Of a DNA stretch of 64,000 nt, positions 52,367 to 62,566 are shown piece by piece (within the stretch, counting starts at the first letter, position 1; the number at the start of each line of letters is the position of its first letter). Under the pieces are notes generated by a model. It saw only the letters and a program-made list of their open reading frames with translations, ran no database searches and was not told the origin of the DNA. This DNA comes from an uncultured Clostridia bacterium. Lineage in GTDB: Bacteria > Bacillota > Clostridia > Christensenellales > Aristaeellaceae. Position numbers and translations under genes: made by a program. Location of the stretch: positions 80,141 to 144,140 of the forward strand of contig CAKUFA010000001.1 in NCBI GenBank assembly GCA_934647165.1, written 5' to 3'.

Positions 52367-54478
52367 ATGCACCCTGAACTGCTTGTACGCAAGAGAATGC
52401 TGGCGGTTGCCTGCATGCTTGGCGCACTGTTTCTGTTGGTCACACTTCGGGTGGGGCAGTTGACCATTGTGGAGAGCGATGCGCTTTTGCAGCGGGGCGT
52501 CAGTCAATGGACAAAGGAGGGCGTGGTGACAGCTCGCCGGGGCGATATTGTGGATTGCCGCAACAACGTGCTGGTGATGTCGGCCACGTCCTATGTCGTC
52601 AGTGCCGATCCGCGTCTTGTGCCGGATGCGGATGCTTTCCTGGATGCTTTGGAGGGCGTGCTTTCTCTCAACAGGGAAAGCGCACGGAAAAAGCTGGCCG
52701 ATAAAACTCGCAGCTCGGTGATTCTCAAGCGTCAGGTGACACGCGAAACGGTGGACAGGCTGCGGCAGTTGAAAGCACAGGCGCCTGCGTCCCAGGGACT
52801 TGCTGCCATTACCTTCGATGAGGACACCAGCCGCTGGTATCCCTATGGCGATACGCTTTCGCAGGTGCTTGGCCTGACCAATGTGGACAGCGTTGGGCAA
52901 AGCGGGCTGGAGCAGCAGTTTGAGTCTGTTCTCAAAGGGCAGGAAGGCAGCTTCCTTCACCAGGTTGATGCGCGCAACCGCGTGGTATCCGGCACGGAAA
53001 GCTGGTACATACCTTCGCAGCCGGGATTAACCCTCAAGCTCACTTGTGATGCCACGATCCAGCAAATCTGCGAAAAGGCCATGCGGGAATGCATGGAGGT
53101 CAACGAAGCGGAAAGTGTTTTGTGCATCGTCAGCGATGTACGAACAGGCGGTATCCTGGCCATGTGCATGAAACCGGATTACAATCCTAATGAACCGCCG
53201 AGATCCGATGCGGCAAGGCTCGCGGAACTTATGCGCATCACGGCCATTTCCGATGTGTATGAGCCGGGGTCAACCTTCAAGATTCTCACAGCCGCCGCTG
53301 CGCTGGATGCAGGGGTGACGAGTCCGGCAGATCAGTTTTACTGCTCGGCAAAGGTGAAGGTGGATGGGGACACCATCCGCTGCTGGGGCAGGCCGCATGG
53401 TGCGGAAACCATGGCGGAAGGGCTGCAAAACAGCTGCAATCCCGTGTTTGTGGAGCTTGCGCTGCGCATGGGCAAAGATACCTTCTATCGCTATCTGACG
53501 GCCTTTGGCCTTGGAAAAGCCACGGGGATCGAGCTGCCGGGCGAATCCGGCGGCATCCTGATTGCACCGCGGTATGTGCGCAATGTGGATCTCGCACGCA
53601 TAGGGTTTGGCCAGTCGGTCGCGGTTACGCCGCTGCAACTGGTGATGGCCGCCAATGCCGCCATCAACGGCGGAAAGCTGATGAAGCCGCGTCTTGTGGA
53701 GGAAATTCGCGATAGGGACGGTAATGTGCTGGAACGCTTTGCACCCAGTGTTGTGTCAACCCCGGTGACGCCGGAAACAAGCGCCGTCATGCGTACGCTG
53801 CTGCTTGACGTGGTGGAGAAGGGCGGCGGGAAAAACGCCCGCGTGCCGAGCTATCTGGTAGGGGGAAAAACAGGAACCGCCCAGGTATACAAGGATGGCC
53901 GCATCACACGGGATGTACATATCGGCTCCTTTTACGGTTTTGCTCCGGTAGATGATCCGCTCTTTTCGGTTCTGGTGGTGGTCAAGGAGGCAAAAGTGCC
54001 GGTGGATTATGGCTCTGCTACTGCAGCGCCCTTTGCGGGGAAGGTGATCGGAGAAGTGCTGCAATACATGCAAATAGAGCCGGAAAATGAAAAAACGCTG
54101 CCGGAATGTACGGTTCCTGCCGTCATGGGCTTGACGATTTCGGCTGCAAGGCGTAAACTGGCTGATGCGGGATTGGAAATCATGACAGATGGCGTGAATA
54201 ATGTCGCACTCAGTCAGATGCCGCCCGCAGGTGCAAAGCTCAGGCAAGGCGGCCATGTGATGGTTTACACGGTGGAGGATGAAAGCGCCACACCGAAAGA
54301 GCTTGTCTGCGTGCCGGATTTTTCCGGCATGAACGGACTGGACTGCGCACGGCTTGCGCATCAGCGCGGCCTTGAAATTGATTTGACGGGAGCAGGGCTA
54401 TGCATCAGCCAAAACCCTGCCGTCATGGAATACGTTTCCCCTGGAAGTACCGTGCGCATAACACTGGCGCAGCCGTGA
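52367..54478 (+). CDS. class B penicillin-binding protein (FtsI/SpoVD/PBP2B-like) with two PASTA domains
   Basis: A PBP dimer domain, the SxxK motif (GSTFK), SxN (SCN), KTG (GKTGTA) and two C-terminal PASTA repeats are present. Confidence 0.9.
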   Translation: MHPELLVRKRMLAVACMLGALFLLVTLRVGQLTIVESDALLQRGVSQWTKEGVVTARRGDIVDCRNNVLVMSATSYVVSADPRLVPDADAFLDALEGVLSLNRESARKKLADKTRSSVILKRQVTRETVDRLRQLKAQAPASQGLAAITFDEDTSRWYPYGDTLSQVLGLTNVDSVGQSGLEQQFESVLKGQEGSFLHQVDARNRVVSGTESWYIPSQPGLTLKLTCDATIQQICEKAMRECMEVNEAESVLCIVSDVRTGGILAMCMKPDYNPNEPPRSDAARLAELMRITAISDVYEPGSTFKILTAAAALDAGVTSPADQFYCSAKVKVDGDTIRCWGRPHGAETMAEGLQNSCNPVFVELALRMGKDTFYRYLTAFGLGKATGIELPGESGGILIAPRYVRNVDLARIGFGQSVAVTPLQLVMAANAAINGGKLMKPRLVEEIRDRDGNVLERFAPSVVSTPVTPETSAVMRTLLLDVVEKGGGKNARVPSYLVGGKTGTAQVYKDGRITRDVHIGSFYGFAPVDDPLFSVLVVVKEAKVPVDYGSATAAPFAGKVIGEVLQYMQIEPENEKTLPECTVPAVMGLTISAARRKLADAGLEIMTDGVNNVALSQMPPAGAKLRQGGHVMVYTVEDESATPKELVCVPDFSGMNGLDCARLAHQRGLEIDLTGAGLCISQNPAVMEYVSPGSTVRITLAQP

Positions 54479-54515
54479 TTTCCACCTTTGTCGGGAATGA
54501 AAAGAGGAGAAAGCA

Positions 54516-55991
54516 ATGACGCTCAGAGAGTTGATTCAGGATATGCCCTACACCGTGGAGACGCGCGGCGATATGGAGACAGTCATCTGCGACATCACCA
54601 GCAATAGCAGACAGCAGACCCACGAAGGGCTGTTCTGCTGCTTTACAGGCGCCCGGTTTGATGCGCACAAGTTCGCTGCCCAGGCGGTGGAGAATGGCTG
54701 TGTCGCGCTGCTGGTGGAGCGGTTCCTGCCGGAGCTTGATGTGCCGCAGGTTCTGGTTTCCAATGGCCGCGCGGCCATGGCGCGGACGGCGGAGGCGTTC
54801 TTTGGCTTCCCGGCAAACGGAATGAAGCTGGTGGGCATCACCGGCACCAAAGGCAAGACCACAACCAGCTATATGTTTAAGTCCATCTGCGAGCAGGCGG
54901 GCTATAAATGCGGCCTCATCGGCACCACAGGCAGCATGATCGGCCAGCGGCATCTGCAAAGCAACCTCACCACGCCGGATCCGATTGACCTGCAAAAGAC
55001 GCTGCGCATCATGGCAGATGAAGGCGTGCAGGTGGTGAGCATGGAGGTATCCGCCCATGCCATTGATCAGCACAGACTGGACGGCATGATTTTTGAGGTA
55101 GGATGCTACACCAACCTCAGCCAAGATCATCTGGATTACTTTCTGACCATGGATCACTATTTTGAGACCAAAAAGCGGTTCTTTACCACCGGCATGGTGA
55201 AAAATGCCGCGATCAACGCGGACGAGGAGACCTCTGCCCGCATTTTGGATGCGCTGCAAGTGCCCAACATTACCTATGGCATCTGTGCGGAAGCCGATTT
55301 GTTTGCACGGGATATTGAAATCAGCGAAAACGGCGTGAATTTTGACGTGCGCCTGCAGGGAATGCACAATCTGCCGGTACATCTGCGCATGACGGGTATG
55401 TTCAATATCTACAACGCTCTCGCGGCGGCCAGCTGCGCGATGATTCTGGGCATTTCCACCGAAGATATCCGATTGGGGCTGGAGCATATGGAGTCCGTGC
55501 CCGGACGCATTGAAATGCTTCCTACCAACACGCCCTATCGCGTCATTCTGGACTATGCCCATTCGCCGGACTCGCTGGAGAACATTCTCAAAACAGTGCG
55601 GGAATTCACTCGCGGTCGGGTCATTGCCGTGTTTGGCTGCGGCGGTGACCGTGACCATGGCAAGCGCCCGATCATGGGTGAAATTGGCGGCCGGCTGGCA
55701 GACCTGTGCATTCTCACATCGGACAATCCCCGCACAGAGGATCCTATGGCAATCCTTGAGGCAATCGAAAAAGGCATCAATCTCACAGGCAAGCCCTATG
55801 AGATTATCGAGAACCGCCGGGAGGCCATTCGCCGTGCTATGACCATTGCCAAAGAAGGTGATATCATTGTGCTTGCAGGTAAGGGACATGAAACCTATCA
55901 GGATATCATGGGCGTGAAACGTCCCTTTGACGAAAAAGTGGTTGTGCAGGAGTTGCTGGCTGAATTTCGTGCAAAGGGCGAAAAACAATAA
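54516..55991 (+). CDS. murE: UDP-N-acetylmuramoyl-L-alanyl-D-glutamate--2,6-diaminopimelate ligase
   Basis: GITGTKGKTTT and the DNPR motif of DAP-adding MurE (SDNPRTEDP). Confidence 0.95.
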   Translation: MTLRELIQDMPYTVETRGDMETVICDITSNSRQQTHEGLFCCFTGARFDAHKFAAQAVENGCVALLVERFLPELDVPQVLVSNGRAAMARTAEAFFGFPANGMKLVGITGTKGKTTTSYMFKSICEQAGYKCGLIGTTGSMIGQRHLQSNLTTPDPIDLQKTLRIMADEGVQVVSMEVSAHAIDQHRLDGMIFEVGCYTNLSQDHLDYFLTMDHYFETKKRFFTTGMVKNAAINADEETSARILDALQVPNITYGICAEADLFARDIEISENGVNFDVRLQGMHNLPVHLRMTGMFNIYNALAAASCAMILGISTEDIRLGLEHMESVPGRIEMLPTNTPYRVILDYAHSPDSLENILKTVREFTRGRVIAVFGCGGDRDHGKRPIMGEIGGRLADLCILTSDNPRTEDPMAILEAIEKGINLTGKPYEIIENRREAIRRAMTIAKEGDIIVLAGKGHETYQDIMGVKRPFDEKVVVQELLAEFRAKGEKQ

Positions 55992-56039
55992 GCGTTCGGT
56001 TTTGAAGCCATAAACAAACGCCAGGAGGCATCATAAGGC

Positions 56040-57071
56040 ATGCAAAGGATGATTGGTTCTCTGTTACTGTCCATTGTGCTGGTGTTGGTTACAGCACCGA
56101 AGTTTATCCCTTGGCTGCGCAAACTCAAGTTTGGTCAGACCATCTACGACTTGGGGCCACAGGCGCATAAGGCGAAGCAGGGCACGCCTACCATGGGCGG
56201 ACTGATGATGGTTTTCGCTGTGGTGGTGACAACACTGCTTCTGCATCCAAAGGGATGGTACGGCTGGCAGGACTTCATGCTTGCGCTGCTGGCTGTGTCC
56301 CTTCTGTCAATGCTGGTGGGCTTTCTGGACGACTACATCAAGGTGGCCAAGAAGCGCTCTCTTGGGCTGACACCGTGGCAGAAGATTGCCGGTCAGGTGC
56401 TGGTGGCAGTTGGCTTTTCCGTATATTGCTACCTGCATCCGCAGGTGGGCTCAAAGATCCTTGTGCCATTCCTGAATACGGAATGGGACTTGGGCGTTTG
56501 GTATATCCCGCTCATGAGCATCACCGTCATTTTCATGGTCAACAGTGCCAACTTGCAGGATGGGCTGGATGGACTGCTTTCCAGTGTGTGCGCGGTGGGA
56601 AGCGCAGCATGGGGTATCATGGCGCTGTTTTTCCTCAGTGCGGTCAGTGCGCTCAACAGTCCCATGTTTAACAACAACTACTACGCGGTGGCTATTTTCG
56701 CCATGGCGGTCAGCGGCGCGGCCATGGGTTTCCTGCGGTTCAACCATTATCCGGCGCAGGTGTTTATGGGGGACACGGGTTCCATGTTCATTGGCGGGGC
56801 GACGGTTGGCATGGCCATGCTGCTACGTCAGCCGCTGATGCTGCTGCTCATTTCCTTCACTATGGTGATGTCGTCCATGAGCGTTATCATCCAGCGCGTG
56901 TACTTCAAGGCAACCCATGGAAAGCGCATTTTCAAGATGTCGCCCATTCATCATCATTTTGAGCTTTCCGGCTATTCCGAAACGCAGATCGGAGCCATGT
57001 ATGCCGTGATTACCGGCGTTCTGTCGCTTATTGCCATCCTGTCCCTCAACGGGCTCCAGCTGGTGAAGTGA
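56040..57071 (+). CDS. mraY: phospho-N-acetylmuramoyl-pentapeptide transferase
   Basis: There are ten transmembrane helices. The motifs include GTPTMGG, NLQDGLDGL and PIHHHFE. Confidence 0.95.
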   Translation: MQRMIGSLLLSIVLVLVTAPKFIPWLRKLKFGQTIYDLGPQAHKAKQGTPTMGGLMMVFAVVVTTLLLHPKGWYGWQDFMLALLAVSLLSMLVGFLDDYIKVAKKRSLGLTPWQKIAGQVLVAVGFSVYCYLHPQVGSKILVPFLNTEWDLGVWYIPLMSITVIFMVNSANLQDGLDGLLSSVCAVGSAAWGIMALFFLSAVSALNSPMFNNNYYAVAIFAMAVSGAAMGFLRFNHYPAQVFMGDTGSMFIGGATVGMAMLLRQPLMLLLISFTMVMSSMSVIIQRVYFKATHGKRIFKMSPIHHHFELSGYSETQIGAMYAVITGVLSLIAILSLNGLQLVK

Positions 57072-57107
57072 TGCTTTCCAGGCTCCGCAAAAGGAGGGTG
57101 ATTTCTG

Positions 57108-58490
57108 ATGCAGTATGAAGGCAAACGAGTGCTTGTTGTTGGCATGGCGCGCAGCGGTGTGGCGGCGGCACAGCTTTTGTGCAAACATGGCGCATGCGTG
57201 ACGGTGAACGACAGCAAAACCCGCGAACAGCTGGGCGATGTGCTGTCCCCGTTAGCGGAGCTGCCAATCACCTGGGCGCTTGGCTGTCCGGCAATGGAAG
57301 TCTTGCCTGGACAAGAGGTGCTGATTATTAGCCCCGGCATTCCGGATACGGCTCCGTTTGTGCAAAAGGCTAAGGCGGACGGCGTCTATGTCATCGGTGA
57401 GGTGGAATTGGCAAGCCAACTGACGCCGGGCGAACTGGTGGCAGTTACCGGCACCAACGGCAAAACCACCACCGTCTCGCTGCTGGGAGAAATTTTCCAA
57501 AATGCGGGCAAAACGACCCACGTGGTGGGCAATATCGGCTATCCGTATTCGTTGGCCGGGCTGACCAGCAAGCGGGAAGATGTGGTGGTGTGCGAAATCT
57601 CCTCTTTTCAGATGGAGACGGCGGATACCTTTCACCCGCATGTGGCGGCGCTGCTCAACATCACGGAGGATCACTTGAACCGTCATGGTGATATGGCCAC
57701 CTATACGGCCATGAAAATGCGCGTTTTCCGCAATCAGACGCCCGAGGATTACGCTGTGTTCAATGCAGACGATCCTGCGCTTGAACCACTCATTCCGCAA
57801 GTAAAAAGCCGCGTGCTGTGCTTTTCACGCAAAAAGGAAGTGGAGCATGGCGCTTTTGTGCGGAACGGGCGCATGTTTGTCCGTTTGGATCGTGAAGAAA
57901 AGCCTGTGTGCGATGTGAGCGAGATTCGGATTCCGGGGCCGCACAATCTGGAAAATGCGCTGGCGGCGGCCTGTGTGGCGGCGGCCATGGGCGTGCCTGC
58001 GCCAGTGATCAGGCATAGCCTGCGCACATTTGCCGGGGTTGAGCATCGCATTGAGTTTGTGCGCGAACTGGATGGCGTGCGCTACATCAATGACAGCAAG
58101 GGTACCAATGTGGACTCAACCATCAAAGCGGTGCAAACCATGACGCGCCCAACGGCCATCATCCTGGGCGGTTATGACAAGCATTGCGATTTCACGCCGC
58201 TTGTGCGGGAAATGCTGTTGTCGCCCATGATGCGGGAAACGGTGCTCATTGGTGTGACAGCCAAACAGATTGAGGATACGCTCCTGCGCGAAGGCTACCC
58301 GGCTTCCCGCATCCATCATGCCCAAACACTGGAGGAGGCTGTTGATACCTGCCGGGCTTTGAGCCATGAAGGATGGAATGTGCTTCTTTCCCCGGCATGC
58401 GCCAGCTTTGACATGTTCTCGGATTATGAAGCGCGCGGGCGGATTTTCAAAGAAATTGTCGCTGCTCTGAAAGAGACGCCGGCCCAGTAA
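57108..58490 (+). CDS. murD: UDP-N-acetylmuramoylalanine--D-glutamate ligase
   Basis: VLVVGMARSG, GTNGKTTT and DSKGTN. Confidence 0.95.
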   Translation: MQYEGKRVLVVGMARSGVAAAQLLCKHGACVTVNDSKTREQLGDVLSPLAELPITWALGCPAMEVLPGQEVLIISPGIPDTAPFVQKAKADGVYVIGEVELASQLTPGELVAVTGTNGKTTTVSLLGEIFQNAGKTTHVVGNIGYPYSLAGLTSKREDVVVCEISSFQMETADTFHPHVAALLNITEDHLNRHGDMATYTAMKMRVFRNQTPEDYAVFNADDPALEPLIPQVKSRVLCFSRKKEVEHGAFVRNGRMFVRLDREEKPVCDVSEIRIPGPHNLENALAAACVAAAMGVPAPVIRHSLRTFAGVEHRIEFVRELDGVRYINDSKGTNVDSTIKAVQTMTRPTAIILGGYDKHCDFTPLVREMLLSPMMRETVLIGVTAKQIEDTLLREGYPASRIHHAQTLEEAVDTCRALSHEGWNVLLSPACASFDMFSDYEARGRIFKEIVAALKETPAQ

Positions 58491-58598
58491 AATGGTATGG
58501 CACGGATTACAGTCCCAAGCAAAAATGAACGCTTCCCTTCGCTCCCCCCAAGGGCGGCAGCCGCAGATGAGATGCGCGGCTGAAAGGAGCGTACTCCC

Positions 58599-59741
58599 AT
58601 GTCTATGCCTCAGCCTGTTCCTGTACGTGTGCAGCGCAAGCGCCCGCCGGTGGATGCAACGTTGATTGTGGTGCTGTTTTTGTTGCTGCTCACGGGGCTC
58701 ATCACACTTTTGAGCGCCACTTACTACACCGCTTCTGCCACGGCCGATCCCTTTGGCGAGGTGAAACGCCAGCTGCTAGGCATCGGCCTTGGGGCTGTGG
58801 CCATGCTGTGTACAAGCCGCATCCCATATCGTTTCTGGCATCAGGCCTGGGTGGTATGGGGGAGCCTTACGGTCAGCTTTGTGTTGCTAGGCCTTGTGGT
58901 CATCCCGGGCGTTGGACAGTATTTGAATGGCTCCCGCCGGTGGCTGCGCATCGGCGGGCTTTCTTTTCAGCCATCCGAGATTGCCAAAATTGCGCTGGTG
59001 CTTTATCTTGCCGAAACTTTGACGCAGATGGGACACAATGTGCGAAGCTTGTGGCGGGGCATTGTACCGGTGCTGCTGGTGCCGGGTCTTTTCTTCCTGC
59101 TCATCATGGCGCAACCGAACCTGTCCACCGGCGGTTCTATTCTCATTGTCAGCCTGCTGATGCTGCTTATGGCGGGCGCACGGTGGAAACACATTGGCCT
59201 GTTGACGCTTGCCGGCTTGGCGCTTGGCGGAGCCTATGCATGGAGTGCGCCTTACCGGCGGGAAAGGCTGCTCTCTTTCCGGGATCCCTTTGCTAAGATG
59301 AGCGATGAGGGCTACCAGCTCAGCCAGTCGCTGATTGCCTTTGGCTCTGGCGGCGTTTTTGGCATGGGGCTGGGGATGGGCAGGCAAAAATATGCCTACC
59401 TGCCTTATCCGGAGAGCGATTTCATCTTTGCCATTGTGGGAGAGGATTTCGGCCTCATCGGATGCATCGCTGTGGCCGCGCTGTTTGTGGCCTTTGCCTT
59501 TTGTGGCATCCGTATTGCCACAGCTTGCCGGGATAAGTTCGGTTCTCTCTTGGCGGCCGGCATCACCGTATCCATTACTGTGCAGGCATTCCTTAACATG
59601 GGTGTGGTCATTGGGCTCTTGCCGACCACGGGTCTTCCGCTTCCATTTTTCAGCGCGGGCGGCACATCAATTTCCATTACCATGGCGGCGGTAGGGATCC
59701 TCATGAATATTTCCCGCACATCCGGCAAAATGGACGGATGA
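58599..59741 (+). CDS. ftsW: FtsW/SpoVE (SEDS-family) protein
   Basis: It is a polytopic SEDS protein. The motifs include RWL.IGG.SFQPSE, DFIFA and LPFFSAGGTS. Confidence 0.9.
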   Translation: MSMPQPVPVRVQRKRPPVDATLIVVLFLLLLTGLITLLSATYYTASATADPFGEVKRQLLGIGLGAVAMLCTSRIPYRFWHQAWVVWGSLTVSFVLLGLVVIPGVGQYLNGSRRWLRIGGLSFQPSEIAKIALVLYLAETLTQMGHNVRSLWRGIVPVLLVPGLFFLLIMAQPNLSTGGSILIVSLLMLLMAGARWKHIGLLTLAGLALGGAYAWSAPYRRERLLSFRDPFAKMSDEGYQLSQSLIAFGSGGVFGMGLGMGRQKYAYLPYPESDFIFAIVGEDFGLIGCIAVAALFVAFAFCGIRIATACRDKFGSLLAAGITVSITVQAFLNMGVVIGLLPTTGLPLPFFSAGGTSISITMAAVGILMNISRTSGKMDG

Positions 59742-59830
59742 TTCTGAATGGCTGCTTGCGGATTTCCACCGCGCACCACTTTCGACGTGCAGCATAGGCT
59801 GAAGCACGTAAAAAGACGGAGGTGGCCGGA

Positions 59831-61090
59831 ATGGATTCGTTTCTCGTGCGTGGCGGCAAGCGGCTGGAAGGACAACTGCGCGTGGACAGCGCGAAAAACG
59901 CGGTGCTTCCGATTCTTGCAGCGTCAGTGCTGACCGAACAGCCGGTGACGCTGCATGACGTGCCCTGCATCACGGATGCGGAGCACATGCTGGAAATCCT
60001 CACGATTCTGGGGGCAAAAACGCGGCGCGATGGACGAGATGTTACCGTGGACAGCATGGATTTACATACCTGGGAAATGCCGGATCGCCTGTCCAAGCAG
60101 ATTCGTTCGTCCATTTTTCTGCTGGGTCCCATTCTCAGCCGATTCCATCAAGCAACGGTGACTTATCCCGGCGGGTGTGAAATTGGCCTGCGCCCCATTG
60201 ACCTTCATTTGAATGGCCTGCGCAGCCTTGGCGTTCGGGTGACGGAAGAGGGGGGCCTCATCCATTGTGACGGAACGCACATGCATGCAGGGGAAATTCA
60301 CTTTGATTACCCCAGCGTCGGCGCGACGGAAAACGTCATGATGGCTGCGGTGCTTCTTGAGGGCACAACTACCATCCATAACGCTGCCCGTGAACCGGAA
60401 ATTGTCGATTTGCAGGGCTTCATCAACGCCATGGGCGGGGATGTGCGGGGCGCGGGCGAACACACCATCAAGGTGTGCGGCGTGAAGAAACTTCATGGCG
60501 CGGTGTGGAAGCCAATCCCGGATCGCATTGTAGCAGGCACGCTGCTGGCGGCAGCGGCAATCACCGGCGGCGAAATAGAGCTGTTGAACGCGCCTGTGGA
60601 CGATATGGTCGCAACAATTGCCAAGCTGCGGGAAATGGGCTGCACCGTGCATGAGGCGGAAAGCTGCCTGCATTTGATTGCGCCGGGCAGACTTCGTGCT
60701 TTCGCCCAGCTGCAAACGCAGCCGCATCCGGGATTCCCCACCGATATGCAGGTGCAAATGCTGGCGCTGCTCACCGTGGCGGAAGGAACTGGCGTAGTGG
60801 TAGAGAATGTGTTTGAGAACCGATTTACCCATGCAGGTGATTTGAACCGCATGGGTGCGCGCATCCTGTGCAGCGGCCGCACAGCGGTGGTGCGCGGGGT
60901 AGAGCAGCTTTATGGTGCGCGTGTGGCTGCACGGGACTTGCGCGGCGGTGCAGCCTTGACTCTGGCTGCGCTGAAGGCACAGGGCGAAACGCAGGTTGAT
61001 CAGGCGGCGCTGATTGACCGGGGCTATGATCATCTGGAACATCAACTGTCGCTTCTGGGCGCGGATATTCGCCGCGTACAGAACGCATAG
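59831..61090 (+). CDS. murA: UDP-N-acetylglucosamine 1-carboxyvinyltransferase
   Basis: VDSAKNAVLPILAASVL, the active-site loop PGGCEIGLRPIDLH, and the C-terminal RGYDHLEHQL. The ATG at 59831 follows GGAGG. Confidence 0.95.
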   Translation: MDSFLVRGGKRLEGQLRVDSAKNAVLPILAASVLTEQPVTLHDVPCITDAEHMLEILTILGAKTRRDGRDVTVDSMDLHTWEMPDRLSKQIRSSIFLLGPILSRFHQATVTYPGGCEIGLRPIDLHLNGLRSLGVRVTEEGGLIHCDGTHMHAGEIHFDYPSVGATENVMMAAVLLEGTTTIHNAAREPEIVDLQGFINAMGGDVRGAGEHTIKVCGVKKLHGAVWKPIPDRIVAGTLLAAAAITGGEIELLNAPVDDMVATIAKLREMGCTVHEAESCLHLIAPGRLRAFAQLQTQPHPGFPTDMQVQMLALLTVAEGTGVVVENVFENRFTHAGDLNRMGARILCSGRTAVVRGVEQLYGARVAARDLRGGAALTLAALKAQGETQVDQAALIDRGYDHLEHQLSLLGADIRRVQNA

Positions 61091-61108
61091 CAAGGGAGGC
61101 GAAAGCAC

Positions 61109-62368
61109 ATGCAGCATCCATCCTATGATTATGATCCGCAGAAGGCGTCATCCGCTGCGCCAAGGCGGCCTGTGCAGGATGGCATGAGTCAGGTGCGGCC
61201 GCCTGTGGGGTATGGCTATCGCAGACAGGATACGCACGGAACGCAGGCGCTGGGAGAGGATTTTTCCAGGGGAGTTCGTGCCGCGCAGGGCGCGCCTGTT
61301 CCACAGTCATCCGTGCCGTATCCGCCGCAAGGGTCGGCATCCTATGTTCCACAGGGCAGCGCGCCTGTTCCGCCGCAGCCGTCCGTGCCGTATCCGCCGC
61401 AAAGGCCGGCATCCTATGTTCCGCAGGGCTCAGTGCCCTGCCCGCCGGTTGGACAAGCTTCCGCCTCCTATGTGCCTGCGCCGGAACCGGAGGATCCCTT
61501 TGGAGAGCCGGGAGCCGATCGCAGGCTGAAGAAGCAGCGTTCCCATCGGGTGTACATCCATTTGAATGGTTTTTGGCGGCGGCCGGTTGAGAAGCGCAGC
61601 GTACCGAAACAGGCTGGGAAGAGCAGCTATGCGGGCAATCATGTGCTGCGCCGGGTGCTGATTTCCCTTGGTGTAATTGCCCTGGTGGCGTTTGTGCTTT
61701 ACGGCATGGTTTTCCGGGTGAGCACGGTGCAGGTGCTTGGTAACAACCGTGTTTCGGCGGAGGAAGTGATTCGCGCCAGCGGTGTGCAGATTGGCGAAAG
61801 CATCACACGGGTGGACGCATCGGAGGTGGCCAAAGGTATTGCGAGTAACCGATACCTCATTTTCAAGGGCGTGGAATGCGTCATGCCCAATACTGTTGTT
61901 ATCCGTGTGAAGGAACGCACACCGGCTGCCGTGCTGAATTATTGCGGGGTGAATTACACCATCGATCATAAGGGTATGGTGCTGGAGGAAAGCGAGACTG
62001 ATGTGCTTGTGGGCGTGCTGCCCCAGCTCAGCGGCATGGATATTGCCGGCCAGTATGGGTGCGACGTCGGGCGCGTGATCAGCGTCAACAACACCGAGCA
62101 GCTTTCCGCCATGCAGGAGCTGCTTGTGGAGCTGGAGGTGCTTTCAGCGCAGCAGGAGATCAGCAGAATCAAATTGTCGGATATGACGCATATCCTGCTG
62201 GAAACCAGCGAGGGGTACTCGGTCAGTTTGGGAAACGCAACCAACATCCATGCCAAACTGAAAGCGATGCTCTCCATTCGCCGGAAACTGAATGAAATGG
62301 GTAAGGGAAGCGGCACCATTGACGTAAGCAACCCCGAAGCGCCTACCTTCCTGCCGGAGACGGAATAA
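61109..62368 (+). CDS. ftsQ: FtsQ/DivIB-type cell-division protein with a long Pro-rich cytoplasmic N-terminus
   Basis: A transmembrane helix (VLISLGVIALVAFVLYGMVF) is followed by a POTRA-like segment (VSTVQVLGNNRVSAEEVIRASGV). It sits between murA and ftsA. Confidence 0.75.
   Translation: MQHPSYDYDPQKASSAAPRRPVQDGMSQVRPPVGYGYRRQDTHGTQALGEDFSRGVRAAQGAPVPQSSVPYPPQGSASYVPQGSAPVPPQPSVPYPPQRPASYVPQGSVPCPPVGQASASYVPAPEPEDPFGEPGADRRLKKQRSHRVYIHLNGFWRRPVEKRSVPKQAGKSSYAGNHVLRRVLISLGVIALVAFVLYGMVFRVSTVQVLGNNRVSAEEVIRASGVQIGESITRVDASEVAKGIASNRYLIFKGVECVMPNTVVIRVKERTPAAVLNYCGVNYTIDHKGMVLEESETDVLVGVLPQLSGMDIAGQYGCDVGRVISVNNTEQLSAMQELLVELEVLSAQQEISRIKLSDMTHILLETSEGYSVSLGNATNIHAKLKAMLSIRRKLNEMGKGSGTIDVSNPEAPTFLPETE
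61291..61435 (+). repeat. 72-bp tandem duplication inside ftsQ encoding a Pro-rich repeat
   Basis: GCGCCTGTTCC...TCCGTGCCGTATCCGCCGCAA.GG.CGGCATCCTATGTTCC.CAGGGC occurs at 61291 and again at 61363. It encodes (APVP.)SVPYPPQ..ASYVPQGS twice. Confidence 0.8.
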
Positions 62369-62434
62369 CGTCTGTTTCCGGCTGGTTTTTTTCAGGAAAA
62401 AACACGAAAAGCCGCTCCATGGCGGTCAAAACCC

Positions 62435-62463
62435 TTGCAATCCATGGAAAAACCGGGTATAAT
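62435..62463 (+). promoter_or_regulatory. ftsA-ftsZ promoter P1 (TTGCAA-17-TATAAT)
   Basis: The hexamers lie at 62435-62440 and 62458-62463. Confidence 0.5.
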
Positions 62464-62557
62464 GGCAATGATATACTGGATGGATTAGCTGTGCTGTCCT
62501 TTACAGGGCATCAGGCACGCCCGCCGAAGATTGTTCTTCTCAATGGGACGGTATTTG

Positions 62558-62566
62558 TGGTATAAT
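62558..62566 (+). promoter_or_regulatory. ftsA-ftsZ promoter P2 (extended -10, TGGTATAAT)
   Basis: It matches TGnTATAAT, about 55 nt upstream of the ftsA ATG. There is no good -35 element. Confidence 0.4.
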
